Positions 7,571 through 16,942 of a stretch of 64,000 bases of DNA are shown here, piece after piece. Under the pieces are notes generated by a model. The model did not search any database. It saw only the letters and a program-made list of their open reading frames with translations, and had not been told where the DNA came from. Location: NCBI GenBank assembly GCA_963761615.1, contig CAVXGU010000004.1, positions 607,537 to 671,536 of the forward strand. The letters are read 5' to 3'. A program made the translations under genes and the position numbers. How positions within the stretch are numbered: the stretch's first letter is position 1; every line of letters begins with the position of its first letter. The DNA comes from an uncultured Acidobacteriota bacterium. Lineage in GTDB: Bacteria > Acidobacteriota > Vicinamibacteria > Vicinamibacterales > CAVVIG01.

Positions 7571-8580
7571 GCCGGTTCGCCCGCGTACACCTCGCGCGCG
7601 AAGTGGCAGAGCGACTGGTGTCCGGGCGCCAACTGGACGAGCGGCGGGAAGTCGCGATGACAGACGTCCTCGGCCCGGTCGCATCGGGGTGCGAACGGGC
7701 AGCCCGGCGGCAGGTGGGCGACATCAGGCGGCAGGCCCGGGATCTGGTGCAGATCCCGTCCGGCAGGTTCCGAGGGGTCCGGCACCGACAGCAGAAGGCC
7801 AATGGTGTAGGGATTGCCGGGTCGCATGAAGAGTTCCCGGGTGGGAGCGCTCTCGAAGACGTGCCCCGCGTACATCACCAGGATGCGGTCGGCCATTCCG
7901 GCCACGACGCCGAGATCGTGGGTGATGAGGATGACGCTGCTGCCGGTCTCGCCCTTGAGGGTGCGGATCAGGTCCAGGATCTGGGCCTGAATGGTCACGT
8001 CCAGCGCCGTCGTCGGCTCGTCGGCAATGAGCAGTTCGGGGCGGCAGGCGAGCGCCATGGCGATCATGACGCGCTGGCGCATGCCGCCCGAGAACTGGTG
8101 CGGGTAGCCGTCGATGCGCGTCGCCGCGTCCGGAATCCCGACCGTCTCCAGCATGCGGATCGCGTGGGCGCGCGCCTGCGCCCTCGTGTGTCCCAGGTGC
8201 AGCCGGGTCACTTCGGCCAGCTGCGCCGAAATCCGCATGAACGGATTGAGGGACGTCATCGGGTCCTGGAAGATCATCGCGATCCGCTTGCCGCGGACCT
8301 TGCGCATCGCTTCGTCCTGGAGCGTCAGGAGGTTCACGCCGTCGAAGACGATCTCGCCGCCGACGATGCGGCCGGGAGGCGAGGGGATGAGCCGGAGGAT
8401 GGAGAGGCTGGTCACCGACTTTCCCGAGCCCGACTCGCCGACGATGCCGAGGGTCTCGCCGCGGTTGAGGTCGAAGCTCACGCCATCCACGGCTTTGGCG
8501 GTCTGACCTTCCTCGTCGAACCACGTCCGCAGACCCTTGACGCTCAGCAGGGCTGCCGGCGCCGATAACGCGTCGGTCAT
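7567..8580 (-). CDS. Oligopeptide/dipeptide ABC transporter ATP-binding protein (OppD/DppD type)
   Basis: [29 protein letters not shown]-terminal [10 protein letters not shown]. Confidence 0.9.
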   Translation of the reverse strand: MTDALSAPAALLSVKGLRTWFDEEGQTAKAVDGVSFDLNRGETLGIVGESGSGKSVTSLSILRLIPSPPGRIVGGEIVFDGVNLLTLQDEAMRKVRGKRIAMIFQDPMTSLNPFMRISAQLAEVTRLHLGHTRAQARAHAIRMLETVGIPDAATRIDGYPHQFSGGMRQRVMIAMALACRPELLIADEPTTALDVTIQAQILDLIRTLKGETGSSVILITHDLGVVAGMADRILVMYAGHVFESAPTRELFMRPGNPYTIGLLLSVPDPSEPAGRDLHQIPGLPPDVAHLPPGCPFAPRCDRAEDVCHRDFPPLVQLAPGHQSLCHFAREVYAGEPA

Positions 8581-9528
8581 CTAGCCCCTCCTCATCTGCG
8601 GGTCCAGGGCGTCGCGCAGGCCGTCGCCGAGGAAGTTCAACGAGACGAGCGTCAGGGCCATCGTCAAGCCCGGGAAGATCAGCTGCCACGGGAAGACGGC
8701 GATGTTCTGGATGCCGTCGGCGGACAGGCTGCCCCACGAGGCGAGCGGCGCCTGCACGCCGAGGCCCAGAAACGACAGGAACGCCTCGAGCAGCATGACC
8801 GACGGCACGGTGAGGGTCGCGTAGACGACGACCGGCCCGAGCGCATTCGGAATCAGGTGGCGGAGGACGATCTTCGGTGCCGATACGCCGGTGGCGCGCG
8901 CGGCCAGCACGAACTCGAGCGACTTGAGCGACATCACCTGCCCGCGCACGATACGCGCCATCGTGAGCCAGGAGACCGCGCCGAGCGCGACGAACAGCAG
9001 CACGAGCTGTCCGAACGGGGACTGGCCGCCGAAGAACGCCAGGAGGACGATGACGACCATCATGTAGGGAATGGCGTACAGCACGTCGACGATCCGCATC
9101 ATGATCTCGTCGACGCGGCCGCCCGCGTAGCCGGCCGTCGCGCCGAACGCAATCCCGATGACGAGGGAGACGAGCGTCGAGATGATCCCGACCATCAGCG
9201 AGATGCGCCCGCCGATGAGCACGCGGGCGAGCAGGTCGCGTCCAGCCGTGTCGGTGCCCATCGGATGCGTCCAGGAGAAGCCGCCGTCGGGTCCGGTAAA
9301 CGGCGCCATCGCCTTGATGAGGGACAGGTCCGTCGGGATGTAGTCGTACGTATATCCGGTCGTGCGCGCGATGATCGGCGGGCCCAGGAGGCATCCGACG
9401 ACCATGGTGGTCACCACCCACAGACCGAACATCGCGAGCCGGTTGCGCTTCAGCCGCCGCCAGGCGTCGCGCCAGAGCGAGGTGCCGCCGGCGGCATCGG
9501 CCACCGTGACCAAGTCGTCCGCCGCCAT
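8581..9528 (-). CDS. Peptide ABC transporter permease (OppC/DppC type)
   Basis: Starts MAADDLVTV.. at 9528 (aa 306 of the 620-aa ORF), ATGA overlap with the upstream permease stop. Typical GTDxxGRDLLARV and binding-protein-dependent transport motifs. Confidence 0.85.
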   Translation of the reverse strand: MAADDLVTVADAAGGTSLWRDAWRRLKRNRLAMFGLWVVTTMVVGCLLGPPIIARTTGYTYDYIPTDLSLIKAMAPFTGPDGGFSWTHPMGTDTAGRDLLARVLIGGRISLMVGIISTLVSLVIGIAFGATAGYAGGRVDEIMMRIVDVLYAIPYMMVVIVLLAFFGGQSPFGQLVLLFVALGAVSWLTMARIVRGQVMSLKSLEFVLAARATGVSAPKIVLRHLIPNALGPVVVYATLTVPSVMLLEAFLSFLGLGVQAPLASWGSLSADGIQNIAVFPWQLIFPGLTMALTLVSLNFLGDGLRDALDPQMRRG

Positions 9529-10443
9529 CAGTAGCGGATTCTCGGGTCGATGAATCCGTAGGCGATATCGACCAGGAGGTTGAACAGCAGAATCGCGATC
9601 GAGGTGAAGGCTACGATCCCGAGAATGAGCGGCTCGTCGCGGTTGAGGTTCGCGTTGATGAAGTAATTGCCCAGCCCGGGCAGGGCGAAGATCCGTTCGA
9701 CGACCACCGTGCCGATGACGAGGAACGCGAGCGCGGGCCCGGAGAAGGAGACGACCGGGAGGAGGCCGCCGCGGAGCGCGTGGCGGACGATGATCGTCCG
9801 CTCGGGGAGTCCCTTGGCGCGGGCCGTGCGGATGTAGTTGGACCGGAGCACCTCGAGCATGCCCGATCGCGTCAGCCTCGCAATGTACGCCATGTAGAGG
9901 GCCGACAGGGTGAGCACGGGCAGGATGAGGTGCCGGTCGAGTCCCCAGCGCGCCGGGGGCAGCCAGAACCACGTGAGCGAGAAGACCAGGACCGAGGATC
10001 GGTCCGAGGACGAAGTTCGGCAGCGAAATTCCGATCATCGCCGCGGCCATCGAGGCGTAGTCCGTCCGGGAGTTCTGCCGCATCGCGGCGATCACGCCAG
10101 ACGGGATCCCGACCAGGAGCGCCAGCATGTACGCGAGCGTCCCGAGCGTGGCCGACACCGGCAGCGCCGCGACGAGGATGCCGTTGACCGACTGGCCCGT
10201 GTACTCGAGGGACGTACCGAAATCACCGCGTGCGGTGTTCGCGAGCATCTTCCCGTACTGCACGTACCACGGCCGGTCCAGGCCGTATTTCGCCCGGATG
10301 TTCTGCTCGACGGCGGGTGGCAGCGGCTTCTCGCCGGTGTAGAAGTTGCCGGGCGCCAGGCGAATCAGGCCCCACGTGAGCGAGAGGACGACGAAGACCA
10401 TGGGGACGGCGACGAGCAGCCGCCGGATGACGAACCGCAGCAC
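9528..10443 (-). pseudogene. Peptide ABC transporter permease (OppB/DppB type) with a single-base frameshift (or assembly indel)
   Basis: Length is 916 nt, not a multiple of 3. The N-terminal frame (10443 down) is sensible to ..SLPNFVLGPIL (codon 9996-9994). The continuation VLVFSLTWFWLPPARWGLDRHLILPVLTLSALYMAYIARLT is in the frame of ORF 9528..9917, starting at 9992. One extra base lies near 9993. Confidence 0.6.
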
Positions 10444-10444
10444 G

Positions 10445-12127
10445 TCAGGAGCCGGTCCCCGAGCCGGACGCGCCGTCCCACCTCGCCGGGTCGTGCTCGA
10501 TGTAGACGAACTTCCACGGATGCATCGTGAGCGGATTCGCGTACAGCCCCTTCACGTACGGCTTCTTCAGGAAGCTGGTCGACGTCGTCTGCAAGGGGAT
10601 GACGGGCTGCTCCTCGAGGAGGTGGCTTTCCGCCCTGGCGAGGAGCGCGTAGCGGCGCGCGGGATCGGGCTCCCGGTTGGCGTCCGACAGCATCTTCTGG
10701 TACGTGGCGTCGGTCCAGCCCGTGCCGTTGTCCGATCCCGCCGTCGAGAAGATGTTGAGAAACGTGTAGGGGTCCACGTAATCACCGACCCAGTCGCCTC
10801 GGGCGATGCCCTTGTACTGCAGCCTGGCCCGCGCGTCGAGGAACGTTCGCCACTCCACGTTCTTGAGCGGAACGGTCAGCCCCAGGTGCTGCTTCCACTG
10901 CGCCTGGACGAACTCCGCGATGTTCTTATTGCCGGCGCTCGTGTTGTAGGTGAGCTCGACCTCCGAGATCGGGAACGTCGAAGGGTCGTAGGCACCGTTC
11001 GCGTCGTGGTAGCCGGCCTCGACCAGCAGGGCGCGCGCGCGCGCCGGGTCGAACGGGTCGCCTTTCGGATAGGGATAGTCCTCGAAGACGCCCTGGGGCA
11101 CGAAGCCCGTCAATGGCTTCGTGTAGTGCAGGTAGTGCGCCAGACCCACCTTGTCGATCGCCGCGTTGAACGCCTTGCGGACGCGCACGTCGTTCATCGG
11201 CGGCCGCGTCGTGTTGAAGCAGTAGTAGGCGTTGGCGAGCTCGGGTGCGTCCTGGTAGTCGACGTACTGCCGCATGCCCTCGATCCATGCCTGCGGCACC
11301 ATGTGGTTGTACACGGCGTCCACCTCGCCCGCCTTGTACAGGTTCATCATCGTCGTCTGGTCTTCGACGGGGTAGAAGGTGATGCGCTGGAGCCGGACGC
11401 GCGCGGCGTCCCAGTACATCGGGTTCCTGACCACGGTCAGGACGTCGTAGGGCCGCCAGGTCTCGAGCGTAAACGGGCCGCTCGCGACGAGGTGGCCCGG
11501 GCGGGTCCAGGCGTCGCCGTACTGCTCGATCGCCTGGCGCGGCACCACCGCGAAGAACTGGTTGCACAGCAGGCCCGGCAGGAACGGCTCGGGCTCGCGC
11601 AGCCGGATCCGCAGCGTGTGCGGGCCGAGCGCATCCACCCCGAGGTCCTCCGCCCTGGCCTTTCCCGCGTTGTACGCCTCGGCGTTGACGATGCCGTAGG
11701 CCAGGTAGGCGTTCCGCGCGGCGAATGCGGGCGACAGGCCGCGGCGCAGGCTGTAGACGAAGTCGTCGGCCGTGATCGGCGTGCCGTCGGACCAGCGCGC
11801 GTCGGGACGGAGGTGGAAGGTGAATTCGGTGTTGTCGCCGTTGGCATCCCAGCTCGACGCGATGGCCGGAGTCGGGAGCGAGGTCTTCGGGTCGTAGCCG
11901 GTCAGACCCTCGAAGAGCGCCAGGTAGATCCGCGCCTCCGGCTGTCCCGTGCTCACCTGGGGATCGAGGGACTCCGGTTCGGGGCCCGAGATGTAGCGCA
12001 GTACCTGGCCGGCCGGCGGGTCCGTCTTGCCGAAGTACCGGCCGGTGCCCGCGGCGGCCGTGCAGCCGGCCAGGGCCACGGCGGGCAGCGCCATCGCGGC
12101 GAGGAGCCAGGGCGTCGACGCTCGCAT
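10445..12127 (-). CDS. ABC transporter substrate-binding lipoprotein, family 5 (peptide/nickel)
   Basis: Signal plus lipobox ..LPAVALAGC. Family-5 SBP length and sequence. ATG 12127 has GAGGG 4 nt upstream; the alternative ATG is 12148. Confidence 0.85.
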   Translation of the reverse strand: MRASTPWLLAAMALPAVALAGCTAAAGTGRYFGKTDPPAGQVLRYISGPEPESLDPQVSTGQPEARIYLALFEGLTGYDPKTSLPTPAIASSWDANGDNTEFTFHLRPDARWSDGTPITADDFVYSLRRGLSPAFAARNAYLAYGIVNAEAYNAGKARAEDLGVDALGPHTLRIRLREPEPFLPGLLCNQFFAVVPRQAIEQYGDAWTRPGHLVASGPFTLETWRPYDVLTVVRNPMYWDAARVRLQRITFYPVEDQTTMMNLYKAGEVDAVYNHMVPQAWIEGMRQYVDYQDAPELANAYYCFNTTRPPMNDVRVRKAFNAAIDKVGLAHYLHYTKPLTGFVPQGVFEDYPYPKGDPFDPARARALLVEAGYHDANGAYDPSTFPISEVELTYNTSAGNKNIAEFVQAQWKQHLGLTVPLKNVEWRTFLDARARLQYKGIARGDWVGDYVDPYTFLNIFSTAGSDNGTGWTDATYQKMLSDANREPDPARRYALLARAESHLLEEQPVIPLQTTSTSFLKKPYVKGLYANPLTMHPWKFVYIEHDPARWDGASGSGTGS

Positions 12128-12200
12128 GACGCCCTCAGCGTAGCGCATTTCCCGCCGGCGGCGGGGTTCCCGCTTCTCAGCTCCCCGGTTCCTCCGTCAG

Positions 12201-15200
12201 CTAGAAGCCCGGCGAGAGGCTGAACTGGAAGATCCAGTTGCGCGACGGGCGCTGGAACGGGTGCGCGAAGGAGAACTCGCCGACGGCGTAGCCGAACAGG
12301 CTGACGCGGAACGCGACGCCGGCGCTCGTGACGGCCTTGCGGTCGCCGCCGAAGATCGACGGCGACTGGTTGCTGTTCCACGCCACGCCCCCGTCAGCGA
12401 AGAGGGCCACCTCGACGGGCAGCGGGCCGTACATCCGCGTCGAGGCCGCGGCGCGGAAGGGACGCAGCAGCGGAAAGCGGAATTCCAGGTTGCCGATCAG
12501 CATGCGGCTGCCGAGCAGGTTGTCGAACGCCGGGCAGGTCCCGTTGGTGTTGTTCCCGCAGTCGGCCGCCGTGAACGAGTTGACGTCGTAGCCGCGCACC
12601 AGCTCCGGATAACCGATGTAGAGCGGATAGAGCCGCGTGTCTTCGCCGCCCGATCCGTAGCGCCCGTAGTGCATGACGCGCGCCGCGATGGTGTAGAAGG
12701 AGACCGGCATGAAGTAGCGCCGGTAGTCGGCGGTGACGCTCGTGAAGTTGAGCGACCCGAACGTCGGCGAGGCCTCCACGCGGTACCGCTGCCCCTCGAC
12801 CGGGCTCGTCGGGCCGAAGTTCGTCGTGTCGAAGACGTAGGCGGCCGACGAGGTGCCGAGCGTCAGCGACGGCGCCGCGCTGTTCGTGACGTTCGTGTGG
12901 GACACGAGCCCGCCCGTGATCAGCGAATAGGCGGTGGTGTCGAGGATCTGCTCGAAGGAGATCTGCGAGACGCCGGCCTGGAACTCCACCCGGCGCGCCC
13001 GGTCCAGCGGGTACGCGACGAGGCCGGCGGCGCTCCGCTCGGTCTGACGATAGATCGTCGCCTGGTCGATCTCGATCGGCTCCCCGGCCGTCGTCTGGCC
13101 GAGGCCGATCGAGTACCCGCCGCTCAGATACGGCACCTGGCCGCCGACGATGCCCCAGTTCAGGCGGTGCGCCTGATTGAGATACGCGACCTGCGCGGAG
13201 ATGTCGTTGCCGCTCAGGCTGCCGCTGATCGCCTGGTTGTACTGGACGGCCGTGAGGAGCTGGTGGTCGTTCAGCATGTCGGCGAACTGCAGCGCGATGC
13301 CGCCGCCTACCGTCGCGCCGAAGCGGTCGGCGCCCGCGGCGATCACGGGCTGGCCCACGCCCTCGAGGCTCAAGCCGGCGTGGTACGGCTTGACGGGATA
13401 GCTCTCCTCCGGCGGCAGGCCGAAGGTGGGGTCGCCCAGCATCTGGGCCACGAGACTCGGCTCCCGCTTGAGCGGCGGCAGCGCGCCGCCGTTGGTGGCC
13501 TCGCTGGCCTGGGTCGCGGCGCGGGTCGCCAGGTCCAGCGTGTAGATGTTGTAGTTGCCGTCGTCATACACGCTGAACGCCGCGACGCCGGTCTTGGTCG
13601 ACACCGTGAGCGCGGGGCTCGTCGCGGTGATCCCGCTCACGCCCGTCGTGATGTTGGTGAGAGCCGTCATCGCGCCCGACTGCGGGTCGAGGCGGTACAG
13701 GTTGGGAATGCCCGTGCGGTTCGAGATGACGTACAGGGCGTGCCCGTCCGGCGACCACTGCGGGTTGATCGCCGAGCCGCCCGAAGGGCCGGCGTCCGTC
13801 ACGCGGCGGATGCGTCCGTCGTTCAGGTCGACGATCCCAATCTCGTAGGCGCCCAGGGCGAGCGTGTCCAGGTTCGTCGAGAACCGGTCGGTGGCGAAGG
13901 CCACCTCGTGCCCGTCCGGCGACCACGACGGCTGCAGGTCCGCGTACGCATCGTTGGTGAGCTGCCGCAGGGCCTTCGTGTCGAGGTTGTAGGTGTAGAG
14001 GTCGGTCAGCCCCTGCTTGAGGCCGGTGAAGGCGAGCTGCTTCCCGTCGGGCGACCAGGCGGGATTGAGGACCTGGTCGATCCCGGGCAGATCGATCTCC
14101 TGGATCTTGTTGCCGCTGTCGGCGTCGAAGATCGCGACCGCGGGCGTGCCGCCGGTCATCGCCGCGATGGCGATGCGCTTGCCGGTCGCGTCCCAGGCCC
14201 CGGAGGAGTCCAGCGACTCGATGCTCGAGAAGTGCGGGTCGGTCGCGGTGCTCGTCAGCCGGCGGATCGTCTGGCCGTTGGCGGTGTCGGCGATGAAGAG
14301 ATCGGTCGAGAAGAAGCTGCGCTGCGAGAGGAAGGCGATGCGGCTCCCGTCGGGGCTGAGGGCCGGCCCGATGTTCATGTCGGCGCCGAGGCCCTTGCCC
14401 GCGACGGCGACCTTGCCGATCTCGCTGGGACGCGTGGTGGAGGCGATCGTCGCGCGATAGGTGTCGCGGATGCTCTCCTGCCAGGCGGCGGACAGCTGCT
14501 TGGTGTCCATTTCGAGCAGCTTCTTGAAGGCAGCGTCGACGTCGCCGTCGATCGCGGCGTTGACGAGCAGCTTGGGAATGATCTGATCGCCCCAGCGGCC
14601 GCCGACGTACGCCCAGAGCGCCTGGCCCCAGCGGTACGGGAAGTACTTCGGGTCGTTCAGGTCCTTGATGGACGGCAGCTTGTCGTGGCTGGCGGCGTCG
14701 CGCAGCCACATCGCCGTGTTGGGGTCCACGGGCCCGAGCGAGAAGTACTCGGCCATGCCCTCGACGAACCACAGCGGGAGCTGCTGGGCGCCGTTCTGTC
14801 CGGGCGGCGCGTCGGGTTCCGCCGTGACGTCGAACTGGAATGCGTGCACGAGCTCGTGGCCGACGACGTGGTTCGTGTCCTCGAGCAATCCGCCGAGCGG
14901 CATGATGATCCGGCGGCGAATCGACTCGGTCACGCCGCCCGTCGCCTCGCCGATGTCGCCGAGCAGGTTCGTCTGCCGGAAGTCGGCCGGCGACGCGTAC
15001 AGGATGAGCGGCTGGCGGCCCCGGAGGTCGTGGTCGAACAGCTTCGACAGGCGCGAGTACCAGCGCTCGGCCAGCCGCGCCGTGATCTCGGCGCCCGCCT
15101 GCTCGCGCGTGTAGAAATAGACGTCGAAGTGGTTGGTCGAGAGAACGTGGAAATCCAGATTGTGGTACTGGACCTTGTTCTGCCCGAAGTACTGCCCGTC

Positions 15201-15275
15201 GGCGGGCGTGACCCCGCCCGCCAGGCATGCCGCCGCGATCACCGCCGTGACGAGCCAGCCGCGCCGTCTGCGCAT
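12201..15275 (-). CDS. Outer-membrane fusion protein: peptidase-MA-like (HExxH) domain + TolB/PD40 beta-propeller repeats + Omp85/BamA-type C-terminal barrel
   Basis: ATG 15275 with GGGAGG upstream and a signal peptide. HELVHAF...EGMAEYF. Repeated SPDGxxIAF/WSPDG motifs (x5). C-terminus ..FSFAHPFQRPSRNWIFQFSLSPGF ends in Phe. Confidence 0.85.
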   Translation of the reverse strand: MRRRRGWLVTAVIAAACLAGGVTPADGQYFGQNKVQYHNLDFHVLSTNHFDVYFYTREQAGAEITARLAERWYSRLSKLFDHDLRGRQPLILYASPADFRQTNLLGDIGEATGGVTESIRRRIIMPLGGLLEDTNHVVGHELVHAFQFDVTAEPDAPPGQNGAQQLPLWFVEGMAEYFSLGPVDPNTAMWLRDAASHDKLPSIKDLNDPKYFPYRWGQALWAYVGGRWGDQIIPKLLVNAAIDGDVDAAFKKLLEMDTKQLSAAWQESIRDTYRATIASTTRPSEIGKVAVAGKGLGADMNIGPALSPDGSRIAFLSQRSFFSTDLFIADTANGQTIRRLTSTATDPHFSSIESLDSSGAWDATGKRIAIAAMTGGTPAVAIFDADSGNKIQEIDLPGIDQVLNPAWSPDGKQLAFTGLKQGLTDLYTYNLDTKALRQLTNDAYADLQPSWSPDGHEVAFATDRFSTNLDTLALGAYEIGIVDLNDGRIRRVTDAGPSGGSAINPQWSPDGHALYVISNRTGIPNLYRLDPQSGAMTALTNITTGVSGITATSPALTVSTKTGVAAFSVYDDGNYNIYTLDLATRAATQASEATNGGALPPLKREPSLVAQMLGDPTFGLPPEESYPVKPYHAGLSLEGVGQPVIAAGADRFGATVGGGIALQFADMLNDHQLLTAVQYNQAISGSLSGNDISAQVAYLNQAHRLNWGIVGGQVPYLSGGYSIGLGQTTAGEPIEIDQATIYRQTERSAAGLVAYPLDRARRVEFQAGVSQISFEQILDTTAYSLITGGLVSHTNVTNSAAPSLTLGTSSAAYVFDTTNFGPTSPVEGQRYRVEASPTFGSLNFTSVTADYRRYFMPVSFYTIAARVMHYGRYGSGGEDTRLYPLYIGYPELVRGYDVNSFTAADCGNNTNGTCPAFDNLLGSRMLIGNLEFRFPLLRPFRAAASTRMYGPLPVEVALFADGGVAWNSNQSPSIFGGDRKAVTSAGVAFRVSLFGYAVGEFSFAHPFQRPSRNWIFQFSLSPGF

Positions 15276-15345
15276 GGTGTGAAGCCTCCCCGTAGCGTGC
15301 GCTCTAGGTTCCAGACTCTGGATGCGGCCGTTCGGCCGGGGCGCC

Positions 15346-15858
15346 CTACGGATTCTTGGGTTTGACGGTGACGTAGCCCCAGTAGCAGTGCCCGTTCTCG
15401 CCCCATGCAAAGACCATGACGTCGCCGCCCTTCCGGTCCAGGAACGCGCCGGAGTGGAGCTCGGCGTCGCTCGGCGGCAGCTGGATCGCGAACTGGTCCA
15501 GCGTGGACTCGTGCGTGAAGGTGACCAGGCGGCCCTTGTCGTTGTCCGTCTCCGAGACCAGCCGCCACCGCGAATTGGGCTGGGAGGTGTCGGCGTCTGA
15601 CGGCAGCGTCACCGCCACCCCGCCGTGGGGCCCGTTGACCATCACCTTGTCCTCGTTTCGCGACAGGTGCTCTACACTGTCGAGGACAATCGGCTCGTAC
15701 ATCCCGGTCACGTCGTACTTGTCCGATTCGCCCACGAGGCGAACCTGGCCGGCCGCCACCTCCTCGCCCGCCGCCTTCGCCTCCGGGGCCTTCGAGCATC
15801 CCGCCGGCAGCAGGACGAGGAGCGGCAACGCGATCCAGCGGGCGGCGGCGCTTGTCAT
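15346..15858 (-). CDS. Hypothetical lipoprotein
   Basis: Signal peptide with lipobox LLPAGC; coding-like composition; no family recognised. Confidence 0.7.
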   Translation of the reverse strand: MTSAAARWIALPLLVLLPAGCSKAPEAKAAGEEVAAGQVRLVGESDKYDVTGMYEPIVLDSVEHLSRNEDKVMVNGPHGGVAVTLPSDADTSQPNSRWRLVSETDNDKGRLVTFTHESTLDQFAIQLPPSDAELHSGAFLDRKGGDVMVFAWGENGHCYWGYVTVKPKNP

Positions 15859-15889
15859 CTCTCGTTGAGTATGCCATCAATCACGGGAG

Positions 15890-16768
15890 ATGGCTCGGAT
15901 CAGCGAGCGGCTCGACGAGAACGTGGACGGGGACTTCTTCGTCGATGCCTCGTGCATCGACTGCGACGCGTGCCGCCAGATCGCGCCGGACACCTTCCGC
16001 GATCACGGGGGACAGTCGAGCGTCTACCGCCAGCCGCAGACGGAAACCGACGAGCTGCGCGCGCTGATGGCGCTCGTCGCCTGTCCGACGGCGTCGATCG
16101 GCACCCGCTCGGGCCGGAGCGCGCGCGAGGCCGTGCGTGCGTTCCCGTCGGTGGTCGTCGACAACGTGTACTTCTGCGGCTTCACCGCCGAATCGAGCTT
16201 CGGCGCCTGGTCCTATCTGATCGTGCGACCGCCGGAGGCCGGCGGCAACGTCCTGGTGGATTCCCCGCGGTTCACCGCGCCGCTGGCGCGGCGGCTCGAG
16301 GCGATGGGTGGCGTCGCGCTCATGTACCTCTCGCACCGCGACGATATCGCCGACCACGCGAAGTTCGCGGCGCACTTCGGCTGTCCGCGCGTGATGCATG
16401 AGGCCGATGGCGCCGCGCGGCTCGGCGTCGAGCGCGTCACCACGGGTCGCGACCTCCTGCCCCTCGATGCCCAGCTGCTCTCGATCCCGACGCCCGGCCA
16501 CACGCGGGGGCACCAGGTGCTCCTGTACGGGGCGCGCGCGCTCTTCACCGGCGATCACCTCGCCTGGTCGCCCGAGCGCGGGCGGCTCACGGCCTTCCGC
16601 GACGTCTGCTGGGACTCCTGGGCGGAGCAGACGCGTTCGATGGAGCGTCTGCTCGGGTACCGCTTCGAGTGGGTCCTTCCGGGCCACGGACGCATCGCGC
16701 ACCTGCCCGCCGCCGAGATGCACGCGAGCCTCGAGCGGTGCGTGGAGGCCATGAAGGGCGCCCGCTAG
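15890..16768 (+). CDS. Ferredoxin-domain / MBL-fold metallo-hydrolase fusion protein
   Basis: N-terminal CIDCDAC...ACP cluster motif, then MBL-type motifs (LSHRDDIADH, TPGHTRGH, GDH). Confidence 0.8.
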   Translation: MARISERLDENVDGDFFVDASCIDCDACRQIAPDTFRDHGGQSSVYRQPQTETDELRALMALVACPTASIGTRSGRSAREAVRAFPSVVVDNVYFCGFTAESSFGAWSYLIVRPPEAGGNVLVDSPRFTAPLARRLEAMGGVALMYLSHRDDIADHAKFAAHFGCPRVMHEADGAARLGVERVTTGRDLLPLDAQLLSIPTPGHTRGHQVLLYGARALFTGDHLAWSPERGRLTAFRDVCWDSWAEQTRSMERLLGYRFEWVLPGHGRIAHLPAAEMHASLERCVEAMKGAR

Positions 16769-16925
16769 AGCGGTTTCCGTTTTCGCTGTAGCGGCCGACC
16801 TTCAGGTCGGCTGCGGATTGGCGGACCTGAAGGTCCGCGGCTACACCGATCTCGGGGCGACACCGATCTCGCGGCGACATCGATCTCGCGGCGACATCAA
16901 TCTCGAAAACGCCGTAGGCTCTCGG
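16766..16925 (+). repeat. REP-like intergenic element, copy 2 (two hairpins plus four 17-nt tandem units)
   Basis: Begins on the TAG stop 16766-16768. Hairpins GCCGACC-ttca-GGTCGGC (16794-16811) and GCGGACC-tgaa-GGTCCGC (16821-16838). 17-nt units (CGACAYCGATCTCGCGG-like) at 16841-16908. Confidence 0.8.
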
Positions 16926-16942
16926 CTGGGCCACAGCCACCG

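Noticed and set aside
8581-10443. 620-aa fused OppB-OppC permease
   Set aside because: The central ~150 residues are Pro/Arg/His-rich nonsense. The conserved OppB C-terminal half is in another frame (ORF 9528..9917), and OppC has its own ATG at 9528. The better explanation is a 1-nt frameshift in oppB.
10346-15365. Long plus-strand ORFs (10346..12223, 625 aa; 12261..15365, 1034 aa) opposite the SBP and outer-membrane fusion genes
   Set aside because: Same antisense artefact: no recognisable domains and an extreme Arg/Gly/Val/Asp composition. The minus-strand genes have signal peptides, RBSs and clear family motifs.
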